Below, piece by piece: positions 52,178 to 64,000 of a stretch of 64,000 bases of DNA. Position 1 is the first letter of the stretch, and every line of letters starts with the position of its first letter. The notes under the pieces were generated by a model that saw nothing but the letters and a program-made list of their open reading frames with translations, ran no database searches and was not told the DNA's origin. The position numbers were made by a program, and so were the translations under genes. Source of the stretch: Harriotta raleighana (lineage: Eukaryota); assembly GCA_050575255.1 (NCBI GenBank), contig JBNZDD010013687.1, positions 3,767,737 through 3,831,736 on the forward strand, read 5' to 3'.

Positions 52178-54028
52178 GTAAACTGATATTTAAATCATCT
52201 AATAATTGTGTATTGATAAAATGAAATAAATATGAATAGGCATGTAAACTATTTTGGTTATTAAGGACAGAATTTTCTTGAATCTGTAAATCAAACCTGT
52301 TGACCTCTTCTATCAGTTTGGGTTGAAATGTACTTTGGTCGTAACACACCAAATCTTATAAATTAGCTGCCAGTTTGAACCATTTGCTTCCTTCCTTTTT
52401 TGATCTTAATGATCATTAGCTGTGTCTCCAAATGCTCTCTGTGTAAACATAACAATCTAGATAGCTGGTAATGCTAGGATAATAAGAAAGGTAACAATTC
52501 GCAATATGAAATATGCATTGTCGAGATTGCTCGGAGAAATAAGATCTATCACGAATGATGATGAAAAAAATCCAATGACTGCTTTCAATCCGACTTAATG
52601 CTGTGTTTATATTCCAGCACTGCTTCAAGTACAAGTAGTTCTGGGCTATCCTGAGCCCTGGCATTGTGGAATTCATTCAATTTACACAGCAAAGTGGATT
52701 CCACAGCACTAAGAGCAATATGCAAGTGCTGCATAACCTATTTGAAAAACATTTGGAGCTTCATTTTCTGTCTGTTGTAGCATCCCCAATGACTGTGGAA
52801 AGTGGAAGCTTCTGTTTATCACATCATTTAAAAATTGAGCATTTTCTTTCCCTATTTACCCAGCTACACTGATATAACACACACCATACATCAGAATGCT
52901 TCTGATGCATAACAGTTAATTAATGACTTAATCATCATCTTTTCATATAACTATTTGTAGGTATATACACATTACTCTTGCCAAGGATCATTGTCACCTA
53001 TTTTCACAGGTCATTCAACCCATAAACCTGACCTCAGAAATATGGTAAAGTCATTGATTAGCTCAGATGAGATAGTCCCAAGAAGTCATGCATAATCTGG
53101 TCAGACTGCATTTTGCAACCAAATTATAGCTGCAGTAATTAACTTTAAATAACACTAGATGAAACGTTTGATATTCATTGTGGTATTGTTCATTAGCACA
53201 TTGAAAGATAAAAAGCACCGAGTGTAACCAGTTCCGTGAAACAAGCTGGTTTTGTTTAGGGAGATATTTTATTTTTATACCTTAGACCAATTATGGCAGT
53301 CCCTATCTCCTGGGTTTCCATTCAGGTAATGCAAAAAGGAGACATCTTCCAAGCTTTCTTGTTGCAGTTTTGTTCTTATAATTAAACCCTTATTCGTGAT
53401 TCTAATCATCAGATCATTTTGTTCTCTCCCAAGTTTATTGGATATGGGGATGAAGGAAAATATTGTTCTAACAGGAACATTGAAATTACGGTTTGTCATT
53501 TTGACAATATCATCACAAGCTATTACTGATTTGACTTGTTGCATTTAAGAGAGATTGCATTTGGCCAGGGAATCATTTGGTTTTATAATGTCTCCCGGAA
53601 GCCTGAGATAAAAGGGTCATCTGTTTAAGGAAGCGCTACTCTGACCCATGGAAGTGAGAAACAAGGGAAAATACTGTTGGTACAGTGATCCTCTTACTCT
53701 GATCAGTGTTGTCCTTTGCTCTTCACCTTTGTGGAACTAGGGTGAGTTATATCTAATCAATATCTACAGCATCTGAAGGTAAATAATTAAATTGTTAACT
53801 TAATTTTATATGTAATATTCTACTGAGTCTGTACCCTTCAATAATTGTCTACGAAGGAGATATACTACAAACCAACAGCAAAGATATTGCAAATCTCTGT
53901 TGAATTGGGTCTTCATTATGAAATTGGAAATATTTGTAATAGAGGTAGATTCATAGAAGTTTATTGAAACAATTTATAGTGTCACATTGTTTGCCAATCT
54001 GAGATCAGTGAATGATCACAAAATTGCT

Positions 54029-54106
54029 TGCTAATAATGACATTAGCAGTGTCACCAAAAGTGTGCTAATAATGTGCTAATAATAATAATGTGCTAATAA
54101 TAATAT
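54029..54106. repeat. Short TGCTAATAAT tandem repeat
   Basis: Four tgctaataat units with variable (aat)n. Confidence 0.8.
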
Positions 54107-55122
54107 TTGGACTTTACACTAATTCTTAATGGGGTTTGTTAATAAGGCATTCCATTTTAATTCCTGGCAACTGAGGAAACTTGGCTCCAGAAATGGATTG
54201 CATTGGAGTTCCCTCAAGTCAGCATGATATACTTCAGTTTATTGGAAGGAGTCCCATCTATGTGGCTTGGATTACTTATTAAGGAATCCCATTACAAAAT
54301 TCCCACTATCTCTGTCAAACACCAAGAAGTCAATCAACAGATCCCAGGCTATCACCCAAAATGTGGTTCAAAATGCAATGCTTGGTTTGAGAAGCACAAA
54401 TTCAAACACAGTATTTAATTGTTAAATCCCAATTACACCTTTGGAAAGATCTCCTACAGTCACCATATTGATTTCACTATTGCAGAACTCTAGAAATGAA
54501 GAGTTAAACAAGCTTGTTCTCTTATTTAACATCAGCATTGAATCAGCAGTGAAGTTACCAATCCTTACAGGTGAGCACATATTATTCTCCAATGTTTGGG
54601 GGGAAAAAAACAAGACAATAAATTTACTGATAATCAGAGAATCGTTCCCACGGAGCTAACAATTTAACATTCTTATGATTGTTTATTTCAGATCACAAAA
54701 CAAAATCTGTCACGTCCAAAACCTATTTTAACTTTATCTTTTAATGTTTATTCCATTTCTCCAATATTATAGGAATGCAAAGTAAAGAGATTAGTTTTTT
54801 CTTTAAAACTGTTGGAAGTAAAAAGTCTCAGAAACTAACCCCAGCTCAGTACAGTACTTCACTAAGCAAAGTAATGATGTTAGCACAAATCCCATTGACA
54901 TCCTAATGAGGCTCTTGCTATGCTGCACACCTCATAATAGCCTACAATTTGCCCGGCTCAGAAGCAGCACATTCTGGCGATGAGATGCACGTATTGAATA
55001 TTTGCAGTGCAGAGACATACTGTGGAAGTGTGGTTCTGTGATTTTTTTTGGGTTGTTACGTGCAACAATGCCTTAATTATAAAATTGCTACAATATATTC
55101 CCATTACATTAAACATTACACA

Positions 55123-55433
55123 GTGTCAGCCTGGCTCAGTTGGTCACACTCCCAATTGGTATTGCTCTGACCTTTGGGTCAGAAGTTTGTAGATTCCAGC
55201 CTCACATTAAGACTTTGAACTCGTAGTTTTAGCTGATACTGAAATGCATCGATGGGGTTGCGTCATACTGTCAGCCTTCAACTGAGATACCAAACAAAGG
55301 TATTGACAACAGCCTATTCAGGTGGATGTTAAAGAAGTGTGTTTATCTGCTTGTTCCCAGATAAATTTAGTCTTTCAATTCAAGGCTGTTGTGGGACATT
55401 GCTGTGTGCAAATTACCTACGTGTTCACTTACA
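55123..55433 (+). mobile_element. Older Deu-domain SINE
   Basis: Head gtgtcagcctggctcagttgg...gtcagaag, then ttcaggtggatgttaaaga and gtgggacattgctgtgtgcaaatt. Confidence 0.72.
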
Positions 55434-58400
55434 CGGTCCACAGTTTGTTGGAAGAACTGTGTACATAAATGTACAGTCACCATACAAAGTTACTTATTGA
55501 GATGGGAAATGGGTTAACCTAATTTAAAGTAATTTTCTTTAAGTAATTTAGATGACTTAACATCAGTGTAACTAGCTGTTAGGGGAAATTGCAGATGTGA
55601 AATCATCTATGGTACAGCACATTTGCAGATTAATACATTGCATTGCAATGCCATGCTAATACATTTTAATGGATGAGCACAGTTGCTTGCCTCTGTTTCA
55701 GATGACAAAATGGAGGTTTACAGAAAATCTTCCTTGAAAAATTGCAGCTAGCTTGTTGGTCTGAAACAGTTAAAACATTTTCCTGGAAATTGTTGCTGAG
55801 TTTTTCGTTTTTGCTAAAACTCAGTAATCTTAAATTCATGTGTGGTAAACTGGTAAAATTAATTCAAGGTCCCCATTTATCACTCGTTCATTTGTCAATT
55901 AAACAAAAACGTACTTTCACTATGATACATGTTAAACCTTATTTATTATGTAAAAATGGCAGGAAAGATCTCTATCTGCTAAAGTAGATCTACAAAGCGA
56001 TAACACTTGCGTTATTGCACATACCCCACAAGGTCCCAGCAATCACTGGCAACATGTCTTCTTTAATAAACAGAAGACCTTAATTATCTCTTGCACTTTC
56101 CCTACCTGAAATACTGACCACATAGTACATCTGGAAGGGCCAAGAAATAAAGATGCAAAGGCGCAATGGATGAGTCAAGTGTGAAATGGAAGAAATGCAC
56201 CAGCCTATGTTTAGATTCAGTCTAGGCATTATATGTTTGATTGCACTTGTACTTACCTGTATCTGATCGCCACCTCCTGCTTTAAAGTTAGGAATAAATT
56301 CAAATCTGGTGGCCTTCTGTGTGTTTGCACAGAACTAAGCTTGTTCCTTATATTTCTGTCTAACTTCACATTCGTATCGGAGTCCCAATGCAGACAGGCA
56401 GGCATACACAGAATCAATGTGGGTTGTGATTGACTTCACTTTGGAAATATTCAGAACAAGCAGATAGATTTTTCTCATAGTAAATCCCAATCTGATGTAT
56501 TATATCAAGTGATCAACCTTTAAACCATTTATTTTGTATCGAAAAACCCATCCTTTTGAAGGAATTTTTCTCAATACCTATAGTATCCAGGATTCAAACC
56601 CTATATGTAATAAAGTGTGTTTAATTACTAAAATATAAAGTCACTTTCAGAGAAATCTGTGTACAGTGCAGCAAAGCTCCTGCCATTTAAGGTAATGTTT
56701 TATGCTGCTTTTACCTTAATAAAAACTGCTTAAAGAACTGGTGCATTTATGTATCCCGAGACATCCGTGGGCTGGAATGCTCTCCGTGTATATTATGGCG
56801 AGCTTCCCACGGCATACACCACTGTTTGGAAATCGTGATCCATGTAAACAACAACAACACTTGTGTAGCATCTTTCACAGTGGAAGAAAAGATCTCTAGC
56901 TGCTCAAATAAAAGACCAGGTCATTGATGAAATTTCTCCAACCAAATGATAACCTGTGTTTCATCCACACAATATCACCCTTTAAATCCCCTAGGATTAC
57001 TGCGGTTTCCAGAGGGGCTATCAGAACAGGCTTCTTTAGATGCATCTCAGTGCCTCTGGAGGCAGCAGTATTCCCCATGCAGTGCAGCTGTTTTCAGATG
57101 CATTTTAAGTTAAATACAACATTAGGTTGGCTATAGATCGATCAGTTTTGGATCAGATCAATCAACCTTTGATCAGATAGATTAGCAAAAGACGGTTCAG
57201 GTTGCAGGCTTGAATATAATAATCTGACTAGGAATAAACAGTCTCGAAGAACCCAATGCAGATTTACCTGGTTGAGTAACATTTGGCACAAAAAAACTTA
57301 AATTCTGTCATTTAATCTGTGTGGCATAGATGTATTAAACTGTGTGCGACCTCTTGTTATTTCACTGTGGTGTTTAAATAAGTATATCTGTCCCCACTCC
57401 TTTATGGTGCCCCTATATTTAATTTCTCAGATGACTAACTGTGGTGGCCTTTATATTTTCCATAGATATAGTCATCCAACTTGCATTGAAGGCTGGAGCT
57501 TGTATAAGGACAGATTATGTACTTTTTTAATCACAGATCAATCACACCACATCTACCACGCTTCAATACACTAACCTTGCAATCTGGTGCAAGTGCAGAG
57601 TTAATTGACAATTACAAATTGCATGGAAGCTAATCACTATTTCATTGCCAAGCTTACGAAAGATAAACACGCAATTGGAAAAGTTGCATTACATCTGGGA
57701 TTCTGGAGAAAAATAAATTATTCTGTGTAAATCTGTCGGTATATACCCTATTCTGTGCAGGCAGGAATGTGCACACACAATGATGTTAGCATTCATCAAT
57801 AGGCTTTCTGTCATTAAATAAATTATTCTGTCATTGGGATAATAGCTTTATGACCGATGATACCTGCCACGAAGACTTTAAAATCTTTAAATATCATTTA
57901 TATCATATAACTCAATTTTTTTTTAATGAGGATTGCGAAGGTTTCCTTCCTTAACACCAATAAGCAATAGAAATAAGGTGGTGGTGTGCCTTGAAATTTT
58001 TTAGTCAAAACTCACGTGGCATTTCCCACACATTCCCATTTTGGGATAAATTCCCTGCTGTGCAGTAGTGTCTCACCCAGTTTATTCATTGGGATCCAAG
58101 ATATTCACCAGCATCTCTTTCTTGATCGTTTTCATCATGAATAAATTGACATAATCAACCTTGATCTTGACAGATGCTGTTGAAAATAGGGTTATGTAAA
58201 GGCCATCATTGTTGTACATGCATGACGTTCTAATAACTAATGTTATTAGCTCTCCCACAAGGACTTAGTGTTGTAATGTTTGGAAAGAACTGTCAAAAAG
58301 TGTTTCAGTTTTATTATTTTGCATTTATTTTTAAATTTCGTGATTTCTCCTCCCCAGCCTACACTTGGTAAAGTTGCGAAGTTTTAATGGTAGAATCCAC

Positions 58401-58516
58401 TCATTAAAAACATCTCTCATTGATATTTCACCCCTTAGCTTGAGTACATTAAAGCTCTTCTGGAGTGTTTCTTTATATTGGCATTGCTTTATATTGTTTT
58501 GTGACTGGGGTTAATT

Positions 58517-58613
58517 CACAGTGATCCATTTTACACTATTGTCTGTGAAGCGGTTTGAGACATCTGAATGACATGATCAGGCTGTCTATCCAATGCAAGG
58601 ATTATTATTATTA
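58517..58613 (+). mobile_element. SINE 3' fragment
   Basis: ctgtgaagcggtttgagacatc...aatgcaaggattattattatta. Confidence 0.8.
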
Positions 58614-59184
58614 TTTCTGTGATTGGGAATGTAGAGATAGAGAGAAGTCAAAACTAACCCAATCACTTGGATGGCCCAAATGTTTCTCTTTCATTTATGT
58701 GGGATCTCTGTCGCCTGTCTGCATGAAATCGTTACCATCCCAATGTTATGCAATTAAAATAACCCAGCATTCCTTAATGAACAGCTAATATACACCGAAT
58801 ATTCAACAGTTGATTATACCCTGCACCTCTTTAAACATCTATTTGCTTAATTTATTTGAACGCAGTATTATCTTGATGCAATACCGCAAACTAAAAGATA
58901 AGATCAATTTACTAACCACAACTTGTATTAACTCACAAATAGCTGTCACATGACAATGAGAGACTTTTTTGATGTGTGTTGGGGTGTGACTTATTCTATG
59001 TCAGACATTTCTTTATATTGTTTTGTGACTGGAGTTAATTAACTGGTATATGAGGTTACCTGGAAAAGCTGGTAATGACTTGTTCAAATCTTAGGCAGGA
59101 GATACTTAAAAATAAAATGATATAGTATTTGGCACCTGTAATTTATTTAATTGCCTCAGAAACAACTCATGAAAATAATATTAA

Positions 59185-59480
59185 AGAATAATCTTTGCAT
59201 TTGGTAATGCGTCTTATAATGTCAGAAGGATGTCTCAAAGCACTTTAAAGGATTTATTGTGAAATGGAGTGATTGTGTATTGTAGATAGATAGCAGCAGC
59301 ACAATTATGCATAGTAATGTCTCACAAACAGCTATGAAACAAATGACCAATTTTATTTGGCGAGATTATTGGCCGGGACACCAGAAATACTCTCTTCTCT
59401 TTTCAAATAATGCCGTGGGATCTTTAACATTCACCAGGCAAACAAGACCTTGATTTTAATATCTCATCCGAAAGACGCCT
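59185..59480 (-). mobile_element. Older Deu-domain SINE fragment
   Basis: aataatctttgcatttgg...ttggccgggacaccag...gccgtgggatctttaacattcacc...tctcatccgaaagac. Confidence 0.78.
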
Positions 59481-60897
59481 CATTATGGGACTTCTACGAT
59501 TGTATTTTTACCCTGTTAAGCCAATAGTATCATGAGACAATGAATGACAGTAAAGGGTGCCCTTCTTACCAAGCAAAGGTGTTGGTCCAGCACTCAGGTG
59601 AGGCTTTGCGCACCCATGCAAGTTTCTACCACACTTCTAACATTGACCAATCCTGAGAGAAAAATACATTGTGGGTTTGACATTTACAAAAGTGACACTG
59701 AGGCACACACTTGCACACATGCAAGATGAAAACAGATTATCCTGGGTAAGTGATTACACAAGCATTTTACTCTGGGGTTCATATCAAAGAGATTCTTTTG
59801 CTAGCTTAAACCTGCCATTGTAACTGGATCTCAACTTGATCTTGTTTAATGCACTGATGTAAGTTTTCAGTCATTATGTTGGCTGTATCACATATCAAAA
59901 GCACTCTGGAGATTCTCTAGGAATTGATAATTCTTATTTCTTATGTATGTCTACTCAATATTCACTCTGAGGAGAACTATATTGTTTGCTGAACCATGAA
60001 TTATAAAAATTGATCCCTTTATATGTAGGCTTCTATTAAATTGAGATCTTTTTGCTTTACTATTCTTTGCCTCACATGGGTTTCTGATGTCAGTCTGTTC
60101 AGGCATATTCAAGTTTTTCTACTACTTGTGATGTTTTTGCCAAGAGCAGTCTTGAAGCAATGCATATAAGGCTCATCTTTACACTGAATGACATCAAAAA
60201 GTAGTCTTAAGATTTTTTTAAATTTCAAATAATTTTTTAAAATGTTGATTTGTGAAAATGGAGTAAGCTAAAATATACAAGCATAATTTGAGTCTGAAAT
60301 GTTACAGCTAGTTTTGCTAATGCTGCATTTCTTGGCTGTTCACTCAAGCCAGTCAGTGTGTTTCTATTCATATTATATTAATCAAATTCAATTTAAAGTG
60401 ACGTTTGCATTTCCTAGCAATGCACTTACTCTGCAGCTGCTATTCTGAATCAGATTCTCGAAGGTGGTTGAGAACGGTAATTACTCATTCAAAGTCTGTA
60501 CAAACCAGTTAATGGGTTCTTATAGAGCTTCTCCTAAGAGCCCCTATATACTGTAACATTACGCTGGAGAGCTGGAGGTTTGGTAATAAAGCTGATTTCA
60601 CTTCGATTAGTGTGTTTTTTGTTGGGTACATAAAGCGGTTGAAAAAAATCTCTGCTCTCATTGTTTGGTTTTGAAAACACACCATCAACTCGCTCAAGTC
60701 TCTTGAACACTCCTAACATATTTCTGATTGGAAATCAACGCTTCTGCGTTGCGTAAAACCTTCAGATGTTCAGAAAGCTGCCACAGGTCTATAAACGGAA
60801 ATAACAATATAGATTTTTTTTAAATACAACTGTAATGTTTCAACTAGATGAGTCATTAATTAATATGTCCTACACTAAATATAATAACAACTTGCAC

Positions 60898-60936
60898 TTA
60901 TGTAGCGCCCTCCACGCAAGGGAGGGCGCTACATAA
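60898..60936. repeat. Perfect 16-bp inverted repeat with a 7-nt loop, made of L2-type tail sequence
   Basis: TTATGTAGCGCCCTCC acgcaag GGAGGGCGCTACATAA. Confidence 0.95.
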
Positions 60937-61685
60937 ATGTGTATACATATACATAGATGTGTATATTCTCACACTCAGGCCACCCACACATATTCATCCC
61001 TGGCCAGGAAACATTCACCTCTGGCAAACTCCCTCTCACTAACACAATTGCATAGACGCAAACATATTTAGTTCACTTGTGGAATTGAACTTCAGCCAGA
61101 GTTAGCACCTTTAAGACGGGAGAGGAGAAAATGATAAGGAAGAACAAGAAAATAACAACTAAGGGAAGAATATTTAACCAGTTTTTACTTCAATAAAAAG
61201 AAAACCAGAAATGTTTTAAACCATATATTGTAATAAAGAAATTATACTTTTGTTGAACAAATAATAAATATTTATTGCAAAGTGCTTATTGTCTTTGCAT
61301 AAATAATATAAAATAAATACAGGATAATAGATGACTGCCAGTGAATCTCAAGACAGTAATTCAATTGTGCGGGATTGCTGATGTCTTAAACTGTTTACGA
61401 CAATAAAACAGCTGAATTACTTTTCAATATAAATATGATTCATGTCAAGTGCTAGGTCCCACAGTGAAATATTTTGAACTACAGTTGAGTTGAAAAGAAC
61501 AAGTGGATAGGTTACATTATTCTTGGTTGTGAAATGCCTATAAACTAGGAGGAAGGAATGCCAGAGGGAAGTAAGGAGTTGAGATCCTGTGAAGTTAAAA
61601 TAGGTAACAATGTGATAAATTGGGATTATAACACAATGAGGATGAACAACGTGTAAAATAACTAACAAGGAAAGCATTGACAATA

Positions 61686-61746
61686 GTAGAAACATAGAAA
61701 CTTGCAGCACAGAAGAAAGTCTATTCAGCTCATTGTGTATGTGCTA
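61686..61746 (-). mobile_element. CR1 3' tail fragment
   Basis: agaaacatagaaacttgcagcacagaagaaagtctattcagctcattgtg is antisense to the CR1 terminus type seen at 25120-25250. Confidence 0.7.
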
Positions 61747-61777
61747 TTGTGACATTTTAAAAAGTAATATCAACAAA

Positions 61778-62337
61778 GAATTGGATAAAATAAGTGTATA
61801 ATTGATCCATTGAAGATGCATTGAGGAGATCAAAGTTTAGTGATTCAGCCATTGAATTCACAGAAGTAATGAATGTAGAGAAATATTGTATAGGGAAGAA
61901 TTCAATAACAGAAAATAAAGGTCAGCAATGAGGAAAACATCAGGTATCAGACAAAAGGCTTCTCTGTGTTGATGTCCCAAGATGACCAGGAAGGTGTTAG
62001 CAGATCCTCCACCGATATGGGAGCAGGAGAAAACTCGGGCTGCAAAGTGAGTTAACGGTTATTCAGGGGAAGAAATGTTCAGCAAAAAAGATGAAACCGA
62101 GCTACATGGAGGAAATCTGGAGATCAGGTAGTGAGGCCCATTATTTATAGGTGAAGAGGGATTAAGAATGGAGCCTTCAAAGGTAAGAAGTCGTAGGTGT
62201 TAGTCAGACTTATGAGAAACATGAAACAACTCTATCGTTGAGGAATTGGATAAAATAAGTGTATAATTGATCCATTGAAAGTGCATTGAGGAGATCAAAG
62301 CTTAGAGATTCAGCCATTGAATTCACAGAATTAATGA
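61778..62337. repeat. 95-bp direct repeat pair (61778-61872 and 62243-62337)
   Basis: Manual alignment gives 90/95 identity with no gaps; 370-bp spacer. Confidence 0.95.
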
Positions 62338-63068
62338 CTTTAATTCACTGCCAGAGATCTGTTACCCATTATCGTATTACAGAAGACTGCCTGAGTTAAA
62401 ATGGTAATAAAGTGACTGTGATATGACAATACGGCAGATTAAGATTGGTTGCCAGCATTGCTATTCTCATCCCCTACATCACACGATCGATTGCATTACT
62501 AGGAATTTGTTGAGAAGTAGATTGACTAAGAAATGTATTACACACAGTATATTTTAGTTTTAATTGGATTTTAGGACATAAATCCTTTTATTTCATTTTG
62601 TGCTGAGCATGTGTTGCACTCTCAGAAACTAAAGGACACAAGTTCAGTCAATGCAGACAGTCAAAGCATTCAAAATGGAAACAAACAGCATCCTAATTCG
62701 ACAGAGAGGAGTGGAATAAGGGCTTATTCAAGATGTAAGTGATGAATACATGTGCACCTACATCTGCACCTACAAAATGGAATGAAATAGTTGACTGAAA
62801 AGTATTTTTACCTCAAAAACAACAAAATTACATTTGTATAGCACCTTTCACATCGTCTACAACTGTACCTAGAATTATTGACAACAAATCCCTAACCATT
62901 TACTCTTGGCAATAGGAATAGTTTTGATATTGTTTATTCGTTACGAGAAAATAAATTCATTTTGCTCTTTTTCATCGAGTGATGCATTTAAAATTACTAC
63001 ACTGGTGAACAGTGATGAGCTGGTAGATCACTAAAATGTATGTCCCTGACCTTGTCATTCTATTTCAG

Positions 63069-63262
63069 GTCATTCATATAACTGGACGGATGCGCTTGAG
63101 AGTTTCCCTCTCTCATGGACGTGTGCTGCCTACACAGATCATGGGTCTCGTAGTTATGGCTCAGGCTCTGCCTCCTCCAACTATTAATGAAGTCAGGATT
63201 GACTGCCAAATGTTTGTCACCAAACTAAATTTGGACCTCAATATTGTTTACTGTGAAAACCG
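63069..63262 (+). CDS. NPAS3: NPAS3 internal coding exon, 194 nt; end of PAS-A, linker, start of PAS-B
   Basis: Acceptor tctatttcag|GTC, donor AACCG|gtaagt. Translates as [64 protein letters not shown](R), continuing the previous exon in frame. Confidence 0.97.
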
Positions 63263-63310
63263 GTAAGTGGACTTTGCATTCTCGTATAAATATGTCCTTT
63301 ATGATAATAC

Positions 63311-63652
63311 AAACATAGGAGTAGGCATTCAGTATCTCAAGCCTGTTCTGCCATCTAGTAGCTGATCTGTACCTAGCCTCCAATTACCTGGCGTTGCCCC
63401 GTACCCCTTGATATCCCGACCTAACATATATCTATCCACCTCAGCCTTGAAGGTATGAATGGATCCAGCATCCACAATCAGAGAGAGTTCCTGATTTCCA
63501 TTACACATTGGTGAACAATTGCCTCCTAGCTTCACTCCTAAATGCCCAAGCCCTAATTTTAAAATTATGCTCTCCTAGATGCTCCCACCAGAGGAAATAG
63601 TTTATTTGTATCTTTGTATTTTATTTATTTGAAAACCTCAATCAGATCACAC
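63311..63652 (-). mobile_element. CR1 LINE 3' fragment
   Basis: Minus-strand ORF contains SIHTFKAEVDRYMLGRDIKGYG (CR1 ORF2 C-terminus), followed by the tail. Confidence 0.85.
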
Positions 63653-63759
63653 AATAATCCACTGTGTAAATGGCCTAGTTTCTTCTAACCGCTCCCTTTT
63701 ACTGCAATGCCCTGCTGACTGACCTCCCGAGCTTCTTCCAGCATAAGTTCCAGGTGATC

Positions 63760-63921
63760 CATAATTCTGTAGCCTTGCTCTCTCCTTTCCCACCTTCAAA
63801 ACGCTCCCTTTCCTCCTTCAAAAGCACCTCAACACCTATGCTCAGGATCTCAGTTATGTGAAGTGTTTGAGACATCTCATGATGTCAAAGGTGCTACATA
63901 AATGTAAATTGTTATTATTGT
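63760..63921 (+). mobile_element. L2 3' fragment
   Basis: ctccttcaaaagcacctcaacaccta...gtgaagtgtttgagacatc...aaaggtgctacataaatgtaaattgttattattg. Confidence 0.7.
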
Positions 63922-64000
63922 GGTTGCCTTTACACTTCAACAATAGTTTGCAGTTTATGCCACTTGTTATTGATCCAACAGCAGGAGAAATAATCCTACA

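Noticed and set aside
1405-61710. The many 60-110 aa ORFs in the track
   Set aside because: They are short, often start at non-ATG codons, have AT-driven composition, and show no recognisable domains apart from the NPAS3 exon and LINE remnants. Recurrent peptides such as CLWDTAV are SINE translations.
63036-63068. ATG start of the 76-aa ORF
   Set aside because: [11 protein letters not shown] is intronic branch and pyrimidine sequence; the exon starts at 63069.
1-64000. A novel multi-gene, defence or CRISPR-like system
   Set aside because: The window is eukaryotic intron plus three NPAS3 exons. There is no operon structure, no identical repeats with unique spacers and no intact ORF of unknown function.

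Overview
This is AT-rich vertebrate genomic DNA, not prokaryotic. It is an internal part of the bHLH-PAS transcription factor gene NPAS3 on the + strand. Three coding exons (16269-16443, 52059-52177, 63069-63262) have canonical AG/GT boundaries and compatible phases (0/1, 1/0, 0/2). Spliced together they encode the second half of PAS-A, the linker and the start of PAS-B. The middle exon is missing from the ORF track. Everything else is intron. It carries tRNA-headed SINEs with a Deu-type core and an L2-type tail, CR1 and L2 LINE fragments, two Tigger/pogo-like MITEs, a decayed ~50-bp satellite and two assembly gaps. The repeat set points to a cartilaginous fish, most likely a chimaera such as elephant shark (inference). 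Repeat family names come from recalled consensus motifs, not from a search. I cannot support a new multi-gene system in this window. The best leads are RNA-level or regulatory: a candidate recursive splice site, a possible truncated read-through isoform, two TE-derived hairpins, a close inverted SINE pair, nested insertions and several TE-free blocks that look like conserved enhancers.
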